Shown here: one piece after another, positions 37,636 through 46,370 of the stretch | How positions within the stretch are numbered: the first letter of the stretch is position 1 | Layout: each line of letters begins with the position of its first letter | Assembly: GCA_018302335.1 (NCBI GenBank) | Contig: JAGVZT010000001.1 | Span: forward strand, 3,193-67,192 | DNA: 64,000 nt | Origin: Candidatus Woesearchaeota archaeon | GTDB taxonomy: Archaea > Nanobdellota > Nanobdellia > Woesearchaeales > JAGVZT01 | Reading direction: 5' to 3' | Notes under the pieces: model-generated | What the model saw: only the letters and a program-made list of their open reading frames with translations | Told to the model about the DNA's origin: nothing | Database searches by the model: none | Program-made: the position numbers and the translations under genes

Positions 37636-39099
37636 ATGCGCATTGGTGGCAGGCTCTCGGTGGCGGACGTCGTGTCCGTGGCACGGGACCGCGGACACGT
37701 GGCGCTCTCTGTGGCCGCAAGAGAACGGATGGCACGCTCTTCAGCGCACGTCGCACGCATCGTGGAAAGCGGTGAGCGCGTCTACGGAGTGAACACCGGT
37801 TTCGGGGCGCTCGCCGATGTCAGCATCCCCGCGGACAGGCTCGTGGAACTCCAGCGCAGCCTCGTGCGTAGCCACGCCTCGGGCGCAGGTGAGCCGCTGC
37901 CAGAAGAGGCAGTCCGCGGAGCGATGCTCCTCGCGGCGAACAGCTTCGGTAAGGGCCTGTCCGGAGTGCGTCCGGCGGTCGCGCAGTCGCTCATCGCTTT
38001 CCTCAACCGCGGCGTCACCCCGCTCGTGCCGGAGCACGGCTCCCTCGGAGCGAGCGGGGACCTCGCGCCACTCGCGCACATCGCGCTCGTGCTCATCGGA
38101 GAGGGCGAGGCAATCGTCCAGAGAAGGCGCGTCTCCGGAAAGCAGGCGCTGCGCATCGCTCGTCTGAAACCCCTGACATTGCGGCCGAAGGAGGGCCTCG
38201 CCCTGGTCAACGGCACTCACGTCAGCGCGTCGATGGCAGCCCTCGCGGTCCATGACGCTGCGGCGCTCCTGCGGCAGGCGCATCTTGCCGCAGCGGCGAG
38301 CTTCGAGGCGCTGCTGGCGCACCGCGCGCCGCTCGACAGCCGCATCCACCGCGCGAGGCCGCACCGTGGCCAGCAGGAGAGCGCCGCGCTCCTCCGCTCC
38401 CTCCTGCAGGGCAGCGCCCTGCTGGACAGCGTCCCGCACGTGCAGGACCCGTACTCGCTCAGATGCGCCCCCCAGGTGCTCGGCGCATCCCTCGCCGCGC
38501 TCCACCATGCGACGCGCGTGGTGGAGACCGAGCTGAACAGCGTCACCGACAACCCGCTCTTTTTTGATGGCGCGTTGAGCGGCGGCAATTTCCACGGCCA
38601 GCCCCTCGCCCTGGTGCTCGACTACCTCGCCATCGCTCTCGCGGAGGCGGCCAGCATCGCCGAGCGAAGGGTCGCGCTGCTCATGGACAAGCATCACAGC
38701 CGCGGGCTTCCCGCGTTCCTCGCCGGAAATCCTGGGAGAGAGAGCGGCTTCATGGTGGCGCACTACACTGCCGCGTCGCTCGTGAGCGAGAGCAAGATTC
38801 TCTGCCATCCCGCGTCGGTGGACAGCATCCCGACGAGCGCGGGCCAGGAGGACCACGTGAGCATGTCCCTCGTGGCCGGAAGGAAGTGCCTGCGCGTCCT
38901 TGAGAACACGAGGAGCGTTGTTGCCATCGAGTTGCTCGCGGCCCTGCAGGGTGTCGAGCTGCGCGACGGAAAGCCCGGAAGGGGGGTCTCGGCCGCGCTG
39001 AGGAACATTCGCCGGGATGTTCCGCCGCTGAGGCGCGACCGCTCCCTCGCGCCGGACATCGAGAAGGTGCGGGGACTGATGCGCGCGGGCCGCCTCTGA
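37636..39099 (+). CDS. hutH: histidine ammonia-lyase
   Basis: 487 aa; MIO-forming GSLGASGDLAPLAH (Ala-Ser-Gly) and conserved NTGFGALAD, HQDAVS-like regions. TATA gtttattaac about 26 bp upstream. Confidence 0.9.
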   Translation: MRIGGRLSVADVVSVARDRGHVALSVAARERMARSSAHVARIVESGERVYGVNTGFGALADVSIPADRLVELQRSLVRSHASGAGEPLPEEAVRGAMLLAANSFGKGLSGVRPAVAQSLIAFLNRGVTPLVPEHGSLGASGDLAPLAHIALVLIGEGEAIVQRRRVSGKQALRIARLKPLTLRPKEGLALVNGTHVSASMAALAVHDAAALLRQAHLAAAASFEALLAHRAPLDSRIHRARPHRGQQESAALLRSLLQGSALLDSVPHVQDPYSLRCAPQVLGASLAALHHATRVVETELNSVTDNPLFFDGALSGGNFHGQPLALVLDYLAIALAEAASIAERRVALLMDKHHSRGLPAFLAGNPGRESGFMVAHYTAASLVSESKILCHPASVDSIPTSAGQEDHVSMSLVAGRKCLRVLENTRSVVAIELLAALQGVELRDGKPGRGVSAALRNIRRDVPPLRRDRSLAPDIEKVRGLMRAGRL

Positions 39100-39162
39100 G
39101 CCCGGAATCCTTCCGTTGTCGGGAGCGCAGAGTATAAATTCAGGCCGGATGGTCTGCGTCCC

Positions 39163-39639
39163 GTGGAGGGAAGTTCTTTTGCGCGGCGGCACGCCCATAG
39201 ACCGAAGCGCGTCGTCGACGCGTGCGTCATTCTTGCCTCTCCGGTAGAGCCTTCCTGCGCCCGATGTCTTGTAGGGCTGTCTTTTGAGTTCCATGGCTAT
39301 ATCACTCATCAGCTCCTCGGAGAGGTGGTGCACGGGGCATGCGAGAACATTCCTGAAGTCCATCTGCGGCACCAGCTGCTCGTGTACCTCGCGGAGCTGA
39401 TTGCTCTGCGGCGCCTCGCGGTGCTGCCCATCGTGTGGATACCCCCTGAGCGGCTTGAAAAAGTGAGAGAAAAGCTTCCCTATGTCACCAGCGACGATGC
39501 GGTGCATCTGGCAGAGATGCAGGCGCACGGCATACGCGAATTCGTCACGATTGACAATGAGTTGACCAGCAGGAAGAACGGAAATAGGATGGCCCAGCTC
39601 GGCCTGAAGATAATCGACCCCCGCTCAGGAGAGCTTTAG
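39163..39639 (+). CDS. PIN-domain protein (VapC-like ribonuclease)
   Basis: N-terminal VVDACVIL, central acidic residues and GIREFVTIDNEL fit the PIN fold. GTG start with TATA gtataaat about 27 bp upstream. Confidence 0.6.
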   Translation: MEGSSFARRHAHRPKRVVDACVILASPVEPSCARCLVGLSFEFHGYITHQLLGEVVHGACENIPEVHLRHQLLVYLAELIALRRLAVLPIVWIPPERLEKVREKLPYVTSDDAVHLAEMQAHGIREFVTIDNELTSRKNGNRMAQLGLKIIDPRSGEL

Positions 39640-39744
39640 CTTCTTGAGAGTAAGGCCCGCCTTCCTGTATCCGGCGACCAACTCTTCGTAGAGGCACTGG
39701 AGCCTTTCGTCCTGGAAATCCACGGTGACAGGCTTCTTTGGCAT
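39624..39744 (-). CDS. 39-aa leaderless mini-ORF convergent with the PIN gene (not in ORF track)
   Basis: MPKKPVTVDFQDERLQCLYEELVAGYRKAGLTLKKLKLS. TATA TATTTAAA (rc of cgctttaaatagg, around 39765-39776) is centred about 26 bp upstream of the ATG; its 3-prime end overlaps the PIN gene by 16 bp. Confidence 0.35.
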
Positions 39745-39827
39745 GGGTGACAGAGGGCGGCCGCGCTTTAAATAGGTTGCTGCATCCCACGCGGAAGCCT
39801 TCCGGCGCCGCCCGGGAAAGGTCTAGG

Positions 39828-40586
39828 TTATTCCCTGCGGCAGACATAGAACACCGGAGGATGCGTCATGATGTCCTGTGCAGAAATCTGCAGCTCGCCG
39901 TTCGCCTCGAGAAGGGCGAGTCCGGCGTCCGCAATCTGGGCGCAGACCTCCCCGCGCGAGGGGATGTGGATGTACTGCGTGGTGCGGTGCGTGCTGCCAG
40001 GCTCGCTGGGCTCTCGCTCGAAGAACCGGTCCCCGTAGTCCACCTCAGGGATATCGAAGCCGAGCGGCTTCATCACAGAGAAGCGCAGCGCCTGTTGCAG
40101 CCAGAACAGGGCGAACCTTCGCGCGTACACGCGCGGATGCGCGGTGAAGATGAGCACCCCCTCGGGGCGGAGGACTCGACGCATCTCCCGCAGCGCCGCA
40201 AGACGCTGTGCGCTCCCGGGAATCTGGGTCCATCCCTGGTTGGAGAACAGCACGTAATCGAAGGAGCAGTCCGGGAAGCGCAGGGAGGTGGCATCTCCCG
40301 CTTCATAATGGATTTCTTTGCCCTTGGCGCGCGCGATGCGTCTCGCGCTCTCCACCATCGCAGGCACCAGGTCCACACCAACCACCCGGTAACCCTTCTC
40401 ATGGAGGGGGAGAGTCGTGCGGCCAGTGCCGCAGCCCATGTCGAGCAGTTTCCCGCGGCGGTTGGTGAAATATTTCTGGATGAAATGCCGTTCGGAGTCC
40501 CAGAGTCCCTCCTCGGCCTTCTGGGCGTAGAATTTCTGCGCGTTCTCCCCGGAGAACTCATCGATGACCAGTTGCCTGAGGTCCAT
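39828..40586 (-). CDS. class I SAM-dependent methyltransferase
   Basis: Motif I LLDMGCGTGRTT and motif II VVGVDLVPAMV. Confidence 0.8.
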   Translation of the reverse strand: MDLRQLVIDEFSGENAQKFYAQKAEEGLWDSERHFIQKYFTNRRGKLLDMGCGTGRTTLPLHEKGYRVVGVDLVPAMVESARRIARAKGKEIHYEAGDATSLRFPDCSFDYVLFSNQGWTQIPGSAQRLAALREMRRVLRPEGVLIFTAHPRVYARRFALFWLQQALRFSVMKPLGFDIPEVDYGDRFFEREPSEPGSTHRTTQYIHIPSRGEVCAQIADAGLALLEANGELQISAQDIMTHPPVFYVCRRE

Positions 40587-40611
40587 CAGAGGGAAAGGGC
40601 TGCCAGGCTAA

Positions 40612-43098
40612 TTAAGGTTTACGACGCCGCGCGATGATGCGCTGCCGCTCCAGCACGCGCTTCCTCCCGTCGGGCAGGAACTCAGCGGCGCGCGTCCTCA
40701 CCCGGGCATCGGCGATGCGGTGCACCTCGACCTCGAATCCGAGCGCGAGCAGCTTCGGGAAGCACTTCTTCTGCCGTAGGGAGAGCTGCTCGTGCTGCAG
40801 CTTGCACTCGACGAACACGAACCTGCCAGACTTGAGGCACAGGAAATCCGGCATGCCGTGATGCACCGCGCAGAGGTACTGGAGCTCCTCCAGCTTTCCG
40901 GGATGGTGCGCGTTGAGCAGGGCGCAGAGCCGCGCGTACTTCCTGCGCACCGCAGGATACTCGCTGCCGAGGCGTCGCGTGATGTCCAGGATGCCCCCGC
41001 GCCAGACCTCATACCCCCGCTTCTCTAGCCGGCGTCTCGCCAGGCGCTCCGAGAGCCCGGTCCTCTTCGGACTGTCGTGCACAGGAAGAGTGCGCTCACG
41101 GACGCGTGGCGCGTAGTCCTGCAGGAGAGCCTGGCGCTCCTGCGCCGCGAGCGCAAGGACGTCCTTTCTGGAGAGGCCGAAGGGCTGCAGCAGCACATGG
41201 AGCGAGCGCGCGAGCAGCCTGGTATAGCGCTCGATGTCCGGCCGCGCTGAGAAGCGCTCCGCGAGCTGCACCCCGTCCTCGGTGAAGACAAAGCTGGCAG
41301 GTTCCCCCGCATGCCACTCCGTTCCACGGAGCTGCTCCACGATGGCCTTCTGCGGAATGTCTCGCGAATACTCCGTCTTCGAGAGGGTGATGGTGCACGC
41401 GAGCTCCTCTGCGCCCATTCCGGGGATGGTGGCGATGGTCTCGCGCAGCAGCCCCCCGAGCTGAGGGATGCGCGCCTTGATGTCTCTCGCGGTCTCGCAG
41501 GGCGCGAGCGTCTCCAGGCAGCGCTGCTGGAACGCGCGCACCGCACGCGGAGAGGACCGCTGCCTGACCTCGATGCCCCGCGCCTTGATTCTCCCGTCGG
41601 AAAAGACCCCGAAATACCGTGCGGGCACCGGGCGCCTGGAGTCGTTGACGCTCGGCAGGAACACCACCCACCTGAACACCCCTTCCAAGCTGACGGGGAT
41701 GCCTGCGAGCGCCGCGATATCATCGCGGAGCCCTTCCAGCTCGGTCATCCCCCGCTTCTTCACGTAGAGCGCGTCCACGATGCCATGCACCACCTCGAAG
41801 CCGCGCTCCTCCGCGAGCTGCTTCGCCTGCAGAAGGGTCTCCCGGGCGTACGCGCAGACCGCCATGTGGCTCGCGGGGAGGCCGAGCTTGAACTCCCGGA
41901 AGCGCAGGTAGCCGTTGCTGCTCACGAGAACCGCCTTGAGGCCTGCCGCGCGCCGCTTGTTCACCGCAGTCGGATTCCGCTTGTACTCCATCCTGCGCTC
42001 CAGGAACGGGCGCACGGCGATGGGCACCAGCCCCTCGTGATGGCGCGATATGGTGAGCGGCAATCCTGGAACATGCTCCAGCGGCTCCTCGGCCGAGAGG
42101 AGCATCTCCGCGCTCACGTTGCGGTTGACCATAAGCCAGGGGAACATGCTCGCGAAGTCCAGCTCGGCGACGTCTCGGTGGAAGCCGAGCATCGGGTCGA
42201 GGGTCAGCCCCGCGCGGTCTCCCTTGAGGAGGGTCGCCATGCTCAACGGTGGAGAGAGGGGTTTTTCCTTGTGGGGGATGAGGTATCCCCGTTGATACAT
42301 CTCGCGGAGGAGGGCGAACTGGAACACCGCCCCGGCGCTTCGTGAGGCGAGCTGCTGCAATCTCGCTCCGGACAGGCGGCAGAGTTCCATCAGCGCGTCC
42401 GGCTCGAGATGGCCGAGCGTGCTCGCGCTGTCGAGGAGGAACCGTCCATGGAGCCTGAATGCGTAGTCCCGGAAGTCGACCCTGCCGTAGGTGAAAAAAG
42501 CGCGGCCTCCGCGATAGCGCAGCGGCATGGCGTCCCAGCGGTGGAAGTCGCAGCCGCTCAGCTTCGGGAGCTCCCGGAAGGCGCGGGGCATCACCAGCGC
42601 GTCCGGGTCGCGCTCGCGGAGCAGCGCGGGAAGCTCCTCCAGCGCGGCTGGCTCATTGTCCACGAAGAGCTGCGCCCCTTCCCGAGAGAGTTCCATGACG
42701 CGCAGGGGGGGATAGCCGCCCTCTGCGGGAAGGACGCTGCCGTGATGGATGCGCACCGCTGCGCACGGTAGCAGGTTGTTCGCGAAGAGGTACTGCATCT
42801 CGGGAGCGATGTCCGCGTCGTACAGCGGGACGCGCCATCCGGTCTCGCGCTCGAGCCAGCGCACGAACGCAGAGAAGCGGTCCAGCCGCTCCACGGGGAT
42901 GGCAAGCACCTCTTTCCAGCCGAAGCAGGTCTGCCGCTTGACCGCGCTGAACGCGACGTTCGCCCTCTCCAGCACCGGCCTCGCGCCAGGGGCGGCGTAG
43001 AGCGTCGCGACGAAGGGGACCTCGACGCGCTCGTCCCGCTTCCCCTTCAGCCAGAGCACCACGCTCCTGCCCTTGGGATACGCGTCCATCAGCCACAT
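40612..43098 (-). CDS. family-B DNA polymerase homolog with degenerate catalytic motifs (iPolB-like) fused to a C-terminal VRR-NUC nuclease domain
   Basis: PolB motif A LDFASMFPWLMV (DxxSLYPS, Tyr to Phe) and motif B region KAVLVSSNGYL. Motif C reads VVHGIVDALYV instead of YGDTDS, with one catalytic Asp lost. No DxE exonuclease motifs in the N-terminal half. The last ~120 aa, HHGMPDFLCLKSGRFVFVECKLQHEQLSLRQKKCFPKLLALGFEVEV, match the VRR-NUC PD-(D/E)xK pattern (G.PD...FvEvK...ls..Q...l..lG). Confidence 0.75.
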   Translation of the reverse strand: MWLMDAYPKGRSVVLWLKGKRDERVEVPFVATLYAAPGARPVLERANVAFSAVKRQTCFGWKEVLAIPVERLDRFSAFVRWLERETGWRVPLYDADIAPEMQYLFANNLLPCAAVRIHHGSVLPAEGGYPPLRVMELSREGAQLFVDNEPAALEELPALLRERDPDALVMPRAFRELPKLSGCDFHRWDAMPLRYRGGRAFFTYGRVDFRDYAFRLHGRFLLDSASTLGHLEPDALMELCRLSGARLQQLASRSAGAVFQFALLREMYQRGYLIPHKEKPLSPPLSMATLLKGDRAGLTLDPMLGFHRDVAELDFASMFPWLMVNRNVSAEMLLSAEEPLEHVPGLPLTISRHHEGLVPIAVRPFLERRMEYKRNPTAVNKRRAAGLKAVLVSSNGYLRFREFKLGLPASHMAVCAYARETLLQAKQLAEERGFEVVHGIVDALYVKKRGMTELEGLRDDIAALAGIPVSLEGVFRWVVFLPSVNDSRRPVPARYFGVFSDGRIKARGIEVRQRSSPRAVRAFQQRCLETLAPCETARDIKARIPQLGGLLRETIATIPGMGAEELACTITLSKTEYSRDIPQKAIVEQLRGTEWHAGEPASFVFTEDGVQLAERFSARPDIERYTRLLARSLHVLLQPFGLSRKDVLALAAQERQALLQDYAPRVRERTLPVHDSPKRTGLSERLARRRLEKRGYEVWRGGILDITRRLGSEYPAVRRKYARLCALLNAHHPGKLEELQYLCAVHHGMPDFLCLKSGRFVFVECKLQHEQLSLRQKKCFPKLLALGFEVEVHRIADARVRTRAAEFLPDGRKRVLERQRIIARRRKP

Positions 43099-43334
43099 GG
43101 CCGGCCCTCGAGCTGGCGCAGGCGCTTCTCCTGTTCCAGCATCACGCTCAGGACGAGGAAGGCCCAGGAGTGGAAGCTGCTCGCGGAAGAGACTGCCCCG
43201 TAATGCCGGTACGCCTGGGCGAGCAGGCCGTCAAGGAGTTCCTGCTCCTCCGGCCGGAGGGCCCGGCCGAAGGCGCGCATCTCGACCATCAGCAGGTCGA
43301 GAGCAACGCGCTGGCTGGACACGATGTGCCCCAT
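43089..43334 (-). CDS. hypothetical small helical protein (81 aa)
   Basis: Immediately upstream of, and overlapping, the iPolB gene start; no domain recognised. Confidence 0.4.
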   Translation of the reverse strand: MGHIVSSQRVALDLLMVEMRAFGRALRPEEQELLDGLLAQAYRHYGAVSSASSFHSWAFLVLSVMLEQEKRLRQLEGRPCG

Positions 43335-43714
43335 GGGTGCCCCTCCTTCACCCCCACCAAGACGTCGCGGCGCTCTCCAAGAGCGGAGAAGAGCTCCCAG
43401 ATGTGCCCCACCACCGCGGCGTTCTCTGCCTCGTCCTGGTAATGGAACAGGTGGTGGAACGTCGTGACGATGACGACGCGCGCATCGAGCGCAGAAGCCA
43501 GCGCATCTGCCTGCAAGAGGGCGTCCCGCAGGGAGTAGAGCAGGTCAATCTCCACCACGAAGACTGCCTCAAGCTCCTCCTGGCTCGCGAACGGCAGCGC
43601 CATGGGGTCTGCGCATGCAGCGCAGTCCAGCACCAGCGATGGCAGCCGCTCGAACGCGAGCCTGAGGAGCCGTGCGTTGACCTCCCTCGTCTTGCCCCGG
43701 AAGGCTGCGAGCAT
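43289..43714 (-). CDS. hypothetical protein (141 aa)
   Basis: First gene of the three-gene minus-strand unit ending in iPolB. TATA cttataacc (rc ggttataag) about 35 bp upstream. Confidence 0.4.
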   Translation of the reverse strand: MLAAFRGKTREVNARLLRLAFERLPSLVLDCAACADPMALPFASQEELEAVFVVEIDLLYSLRDALLQADALASALDARVVIVTTFHHLFHYQDEAENAAVVGHIWELFSALGERRDVLVGVKEGHPWGTSCPASALLSTC

Positions 43715-43812
43715 ACGTATTGTCGGGGAAGACGCCCTTATAACCCCTGCGCGCGGATGTCCAGTGGGGAGTGATTGTTGCCGAGGGTTTCATACCCCGG
43801 CCTTCAGCCCGT

Positions 43813-44787
43813 TCACCTCTCGAGCTCGCTGAGCTTCTCCTCGAACTCGTAGAGGTCGCGCACGACATGCGGCTCCTTCCGGTAGCCGCGCCGGTCGATG
43901 AGGAAGGCGTGCATACCGGCCGCGGTGGGCACCGCATAGTCGCGCTCCGCGTCGTCCCCGAGGTGGCACACCTCCTCGGGCAGAACTCCGAGTTCCTCGC
44001 ATAATTCCCGGCACACCGCCGGGGTGATGACCATCTTCCTGAAGTCGGATGAGACGCTGTACACCCGGAGGAACCGCTTCTGCATCTTTCCGGCCGAGAG
44101 CTTGATGTCCAGCATCTTGCGCTCGGCGTGGGTGAGGAGGACCAGGTGATATCTCCGGGAAAGGCGCTCGAGCGTCGGCTGCACGTCCGGGTAGAGGGTG
44201 ATGTCCTTCCTCAGCCCGCAGATGAGGGTCTCGAACGTCGTTTTCAGCCGGAAATGCTTTATCCAGAAATCCGGGTCGCGCCATGCGCGGACCTTGCCCC
44301 ACAGTCTCCGGTATTCACCCGTGACGATGGAGAAAGCCTTCTCCTTGGTGACCCTGTACTGCTTCGCGTACGCGTTCGGGAATTCCCGCCTCCAGAGCAG
44401 CTCGTCAAACTGCGTGTCGAACAGGGTGTCGTCCATGTCGAGGCACAGGACCTTGATGCGTCTGCTCCTGAACAGGGGTTTCCTGCGCTCGAGCTCGTGC
44501 AGCATGCGGTCGCGTTCCTTCAGCCTCCCCCGCGCGGACGCGACGAAGGACTCCATCTCGCCAAGCCAATCCTCGTCGATGCTGTATTCAAGACGGTCTT
44601 TCCGGAGCTGTCCCTGCTCGCGCATGTGTTGCAGCTTCTTGTGCACCGCCTGGTAGCTCACCGAGATGCCGCACCGCGAGCGGACCTTGTAGTAGATCTG
44701 GCGCGCGGTGAGAGGCTGAGCGAGCAGCAGCACGTCGAGCATCGCCCCTCCGAGACCCTCCGGCTGCATCGCGTCCGCTCCGGCCAT
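43813..44787 (-). CDS. winged-helix DNA-binding domain fused to HAD-superfamily hydrolase
   Basis: N-terminal wHTH (LTARQIYYKVRSRCGISVSYQAVHKKLQHMREQGQL) and C-terminal HAD motifs (LCLDMDDTLFD motif I, LVLLTHAERK, GDDAERD). Confidence 0.7.
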   Translation of the reverse strand: MAGADAMQPEGLGGAMLDVLLLAQPLTARQIYYKVRSRCGISVSYQAVHKKLQHMREQGQLRKDRLEYSIDEDWLGEMESFVASARGRLKERDRMLHELERRKPLFRSRRIKVLCLDMDDTLFDTQFDELLWRREFPNAYAKQYRVTKEKAFSIVTGEYRRLWGKVRAWRDPDFWIKHFRLKTTFETLICGLRKDITLYPDVQPTLERLSRRYHLVLLTHAERKMLDIKLSAGKMQKRFLRVYSVSSDFRKMVITPAVCRELCEELGVLPEEVCHLGDDAERDYAVPTAAGMHAFLIDRRGYRKEPHVVRDLYEFEEKLSELER

Positions 44788-44807
44788 GCCGGAGGGGAAG
44801 CGCCCGG

Positions 44808-44849
44808 GGTATAAGAATCTTCGGATGAAATCAACCAGATGGTTGATTT
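44808..44849 (+). promoter_or_regulatory. shared divergent promoter with a perfect 10-bp-arm palindrome (candidate Lrp operator)
   Basis: gggtataagaatc TATA box followed by AAATCAACCA-GA-TGGTTGATTT (44828-44849), about 55 bp upstream of the lrp-family gene's ATG. Confidence 0.5.
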
Positions 44850-44905
44850 ACTGCAAGGGTAGGTTCATCATCCACCCCGCATTCTCCGGAAGCAGAGGTG
44901 GGAAC

Positions 44906-45385
44906 ATGTCACAGAAAAGAGATGCGTTGCAGAAAAGAGATTTGCTCATCGTGTGCAACCTGCGCCAGAACGCGCGGGAGACGCTCACGAGGATGAGCCG
45001 CAAGACCAACATTCCGATCAGCACCATCTACGACCGGCTGAAGCACCATGAGCGGGACCTCATCACCAGGCACACTTCGCTCATCGACTTCGCGAAGCTG
45101 GGATACTCCACGCGTGCTATTGTCCTGCTGTCGGTCGCGCGCGAGCAGCGCGATGCGCTCCGCGATTATCTCGCCACGCATCACAGCGTGAACACCCTCA
45201 TCAAGATCAACGACGAGTACGATTATCTCGCGGAGCTCATCTGCAAGCAGATACGTGACATCGAGGAGTTCATGGAGCGCACCGAGGAGCGCTTCAGGGT
45301 GAAAAGGAAGAAGGTCTACTACGTCACGGACGAGGTGAAGCGCGAGGGATTCCTCAGCGACCCCAAGCTGGTCAGTATGCTGTGA
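44906..45385 (+). CDS. Lrp/AsnC-family transcriptional regulator
   Basis: 159 aa from MSQKRDALQKRDLLIVCNLRQNARETLTRMSRKTNIPISTIYDRLKH (HTH) with a C-terminal RAM domain (AIVLLSV...NTLIKINDEYDYLAELICK). SD AGAGGTGGG 4-5 nt upstream. Confidence 0.8.
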   Translation: MSQKRDALQKRDLLIVCNLRQNARETLTRMSRKTNIPISTIYDRLKHHERDLITRHTSLIDFAKLGYSTRAIVLLSVAREQRDALRDYLATHHSVNTLIKINDEYDYLAELICKQIRDIEEFMERTEERFRVKRKKVYYVTDEVKREGFLSDPKLVSML

Positions 45386-45413
45386 ATGGGGATGGCTCTG
45401 GGAGCGCACACGA

Positions 45414-45490
45414 CGGCCGCACTGCGAAGAATTTCCGGGATTCCTGCGAGACAGACCGGAACTTGCACGGGATTCCGGCCTGGATACGGA
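45414..45490 (+). repeat. hairpin-forming intergenic element, copy D
   Basis: cggccgcactgcgaagaatttccgggattcctgcgagacagaccggaacttgcacgggattccggcc, downstream of the lrp-family gene. Confidence 0.55.
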
Positions 45491-45649
45491 AGATTTCCTG
45501 CAGAGTCGCGGGAGATTGCCCATTTTTAAACAAGATGGAAATAGCGAGTATATCCCCTTAAAATAAACAAAAGCACCTATACCACCAAATTTACTCCCGA
45601 AATATTCAAATAGGGGTTGGCTCTACCCCCGGAGAAGCGGGTGAGATCG

Positions 45650-46363
45650 ATGTACCTGAAGCAGAAGGGCAACCGGTGCGGTCTGTACTCGTATTACAAC
45701 CTTGCCAACGAGCTCCACCTCCCGACGAGGGCTGAGATACGCCGCATCCTTTCGGAACGGGAGTTGTGTGTGGCGAACTATCGCTTCTATCCCGGGCAGG
45801 GACTCTATCCGGAGCAGCTTGCCATGGTCATCTCGGAGCACCTCCCCAAGGGATACGATGCGCATCTCATCAGCAACGACTGGAACATCTTCCCGCCCAA
45901 CTGCAACGCCAGAGAGGTCAGGAAGCACCTGGAAAAGATTCTCCGCCACAAGGGCTCGTTCCGGGAGACGCATGCGAAGCGCCAGGCGAAGAGCTATCTC
46001 GAGCTGATGCGGAAGTGGAAATGGAAGATCACCACCGAGCAGATCACCCTTGACGTGCTGGAGCGGCGGACCGACCGCGCGCCGCTGCTCGCGAGCTGCC
46101 TTCCGATGCTGCTGCACCCGCAGATGCGCCGGGGCAAGGATTTCCTGCGCACCGCGCGCGCCCTCCGCTGGGACCCCGAGCGGGAGGACAGCCACTTCTT
46201 CGTCGTAGGACGTGCGACGCGCCATGAGTTCAAGGTCATCGACTCCAGCACCTGCTCAGGTGAACGCTGCAGCTGGCGCATCACGAAGAAGGATGTGCAC
46301 GCGAGCATCGCGATGGACGACCAGCCGACGCTCATCCAGATCGTGCCGCGGCGGACTCCGTAA
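45650..46363 (+). CDS. hypothetical protein (237 aa), possibly a papain-like Cys/His peptidase fold
   Basis: MYLKQKGNRCGLYSYYNLANEL... has a conserved Cys near the N-terminus and a His (EDSHFFVVG) later. Assignment is speculative. The TTG-start track ORF is extended; ATG 45650 is preferred (SD GGTGAG). Confidence 0.5.
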   Translation: MYLKQKGNRCGLYSYYNLANELHLPTRAEIRRILSERELCVANYRFYPGQGLYPEQLAMVISEHLPKGYDAHLISNDWNIFPPNCNAREVRKHLEKILRHKGSFRETHAKRQAKSYLELMRKWKWKITTEQITLDVLERRTDRAPLLASCLPMLLHPQMRRGKDFLRTARALRWDPEREDSHFFVVGRATRHEFKVIDSSTCSGERCSWRITKKDVHASIAMDDQPTLIQIVPRRTP

Positions 46364-46370
46364 GGACAAT

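Noticed and set aside
37741-39528. 595-aa minus ORF
   Set aside because: Antisense to hutH (MIO motif ASG and the full HAL fold on the plus strand).
41311-42345. 344-aa plus ORF and other ORFs inside 40612-43098
   Set aside because: Antisense or off-frame to the PolB-like gene.
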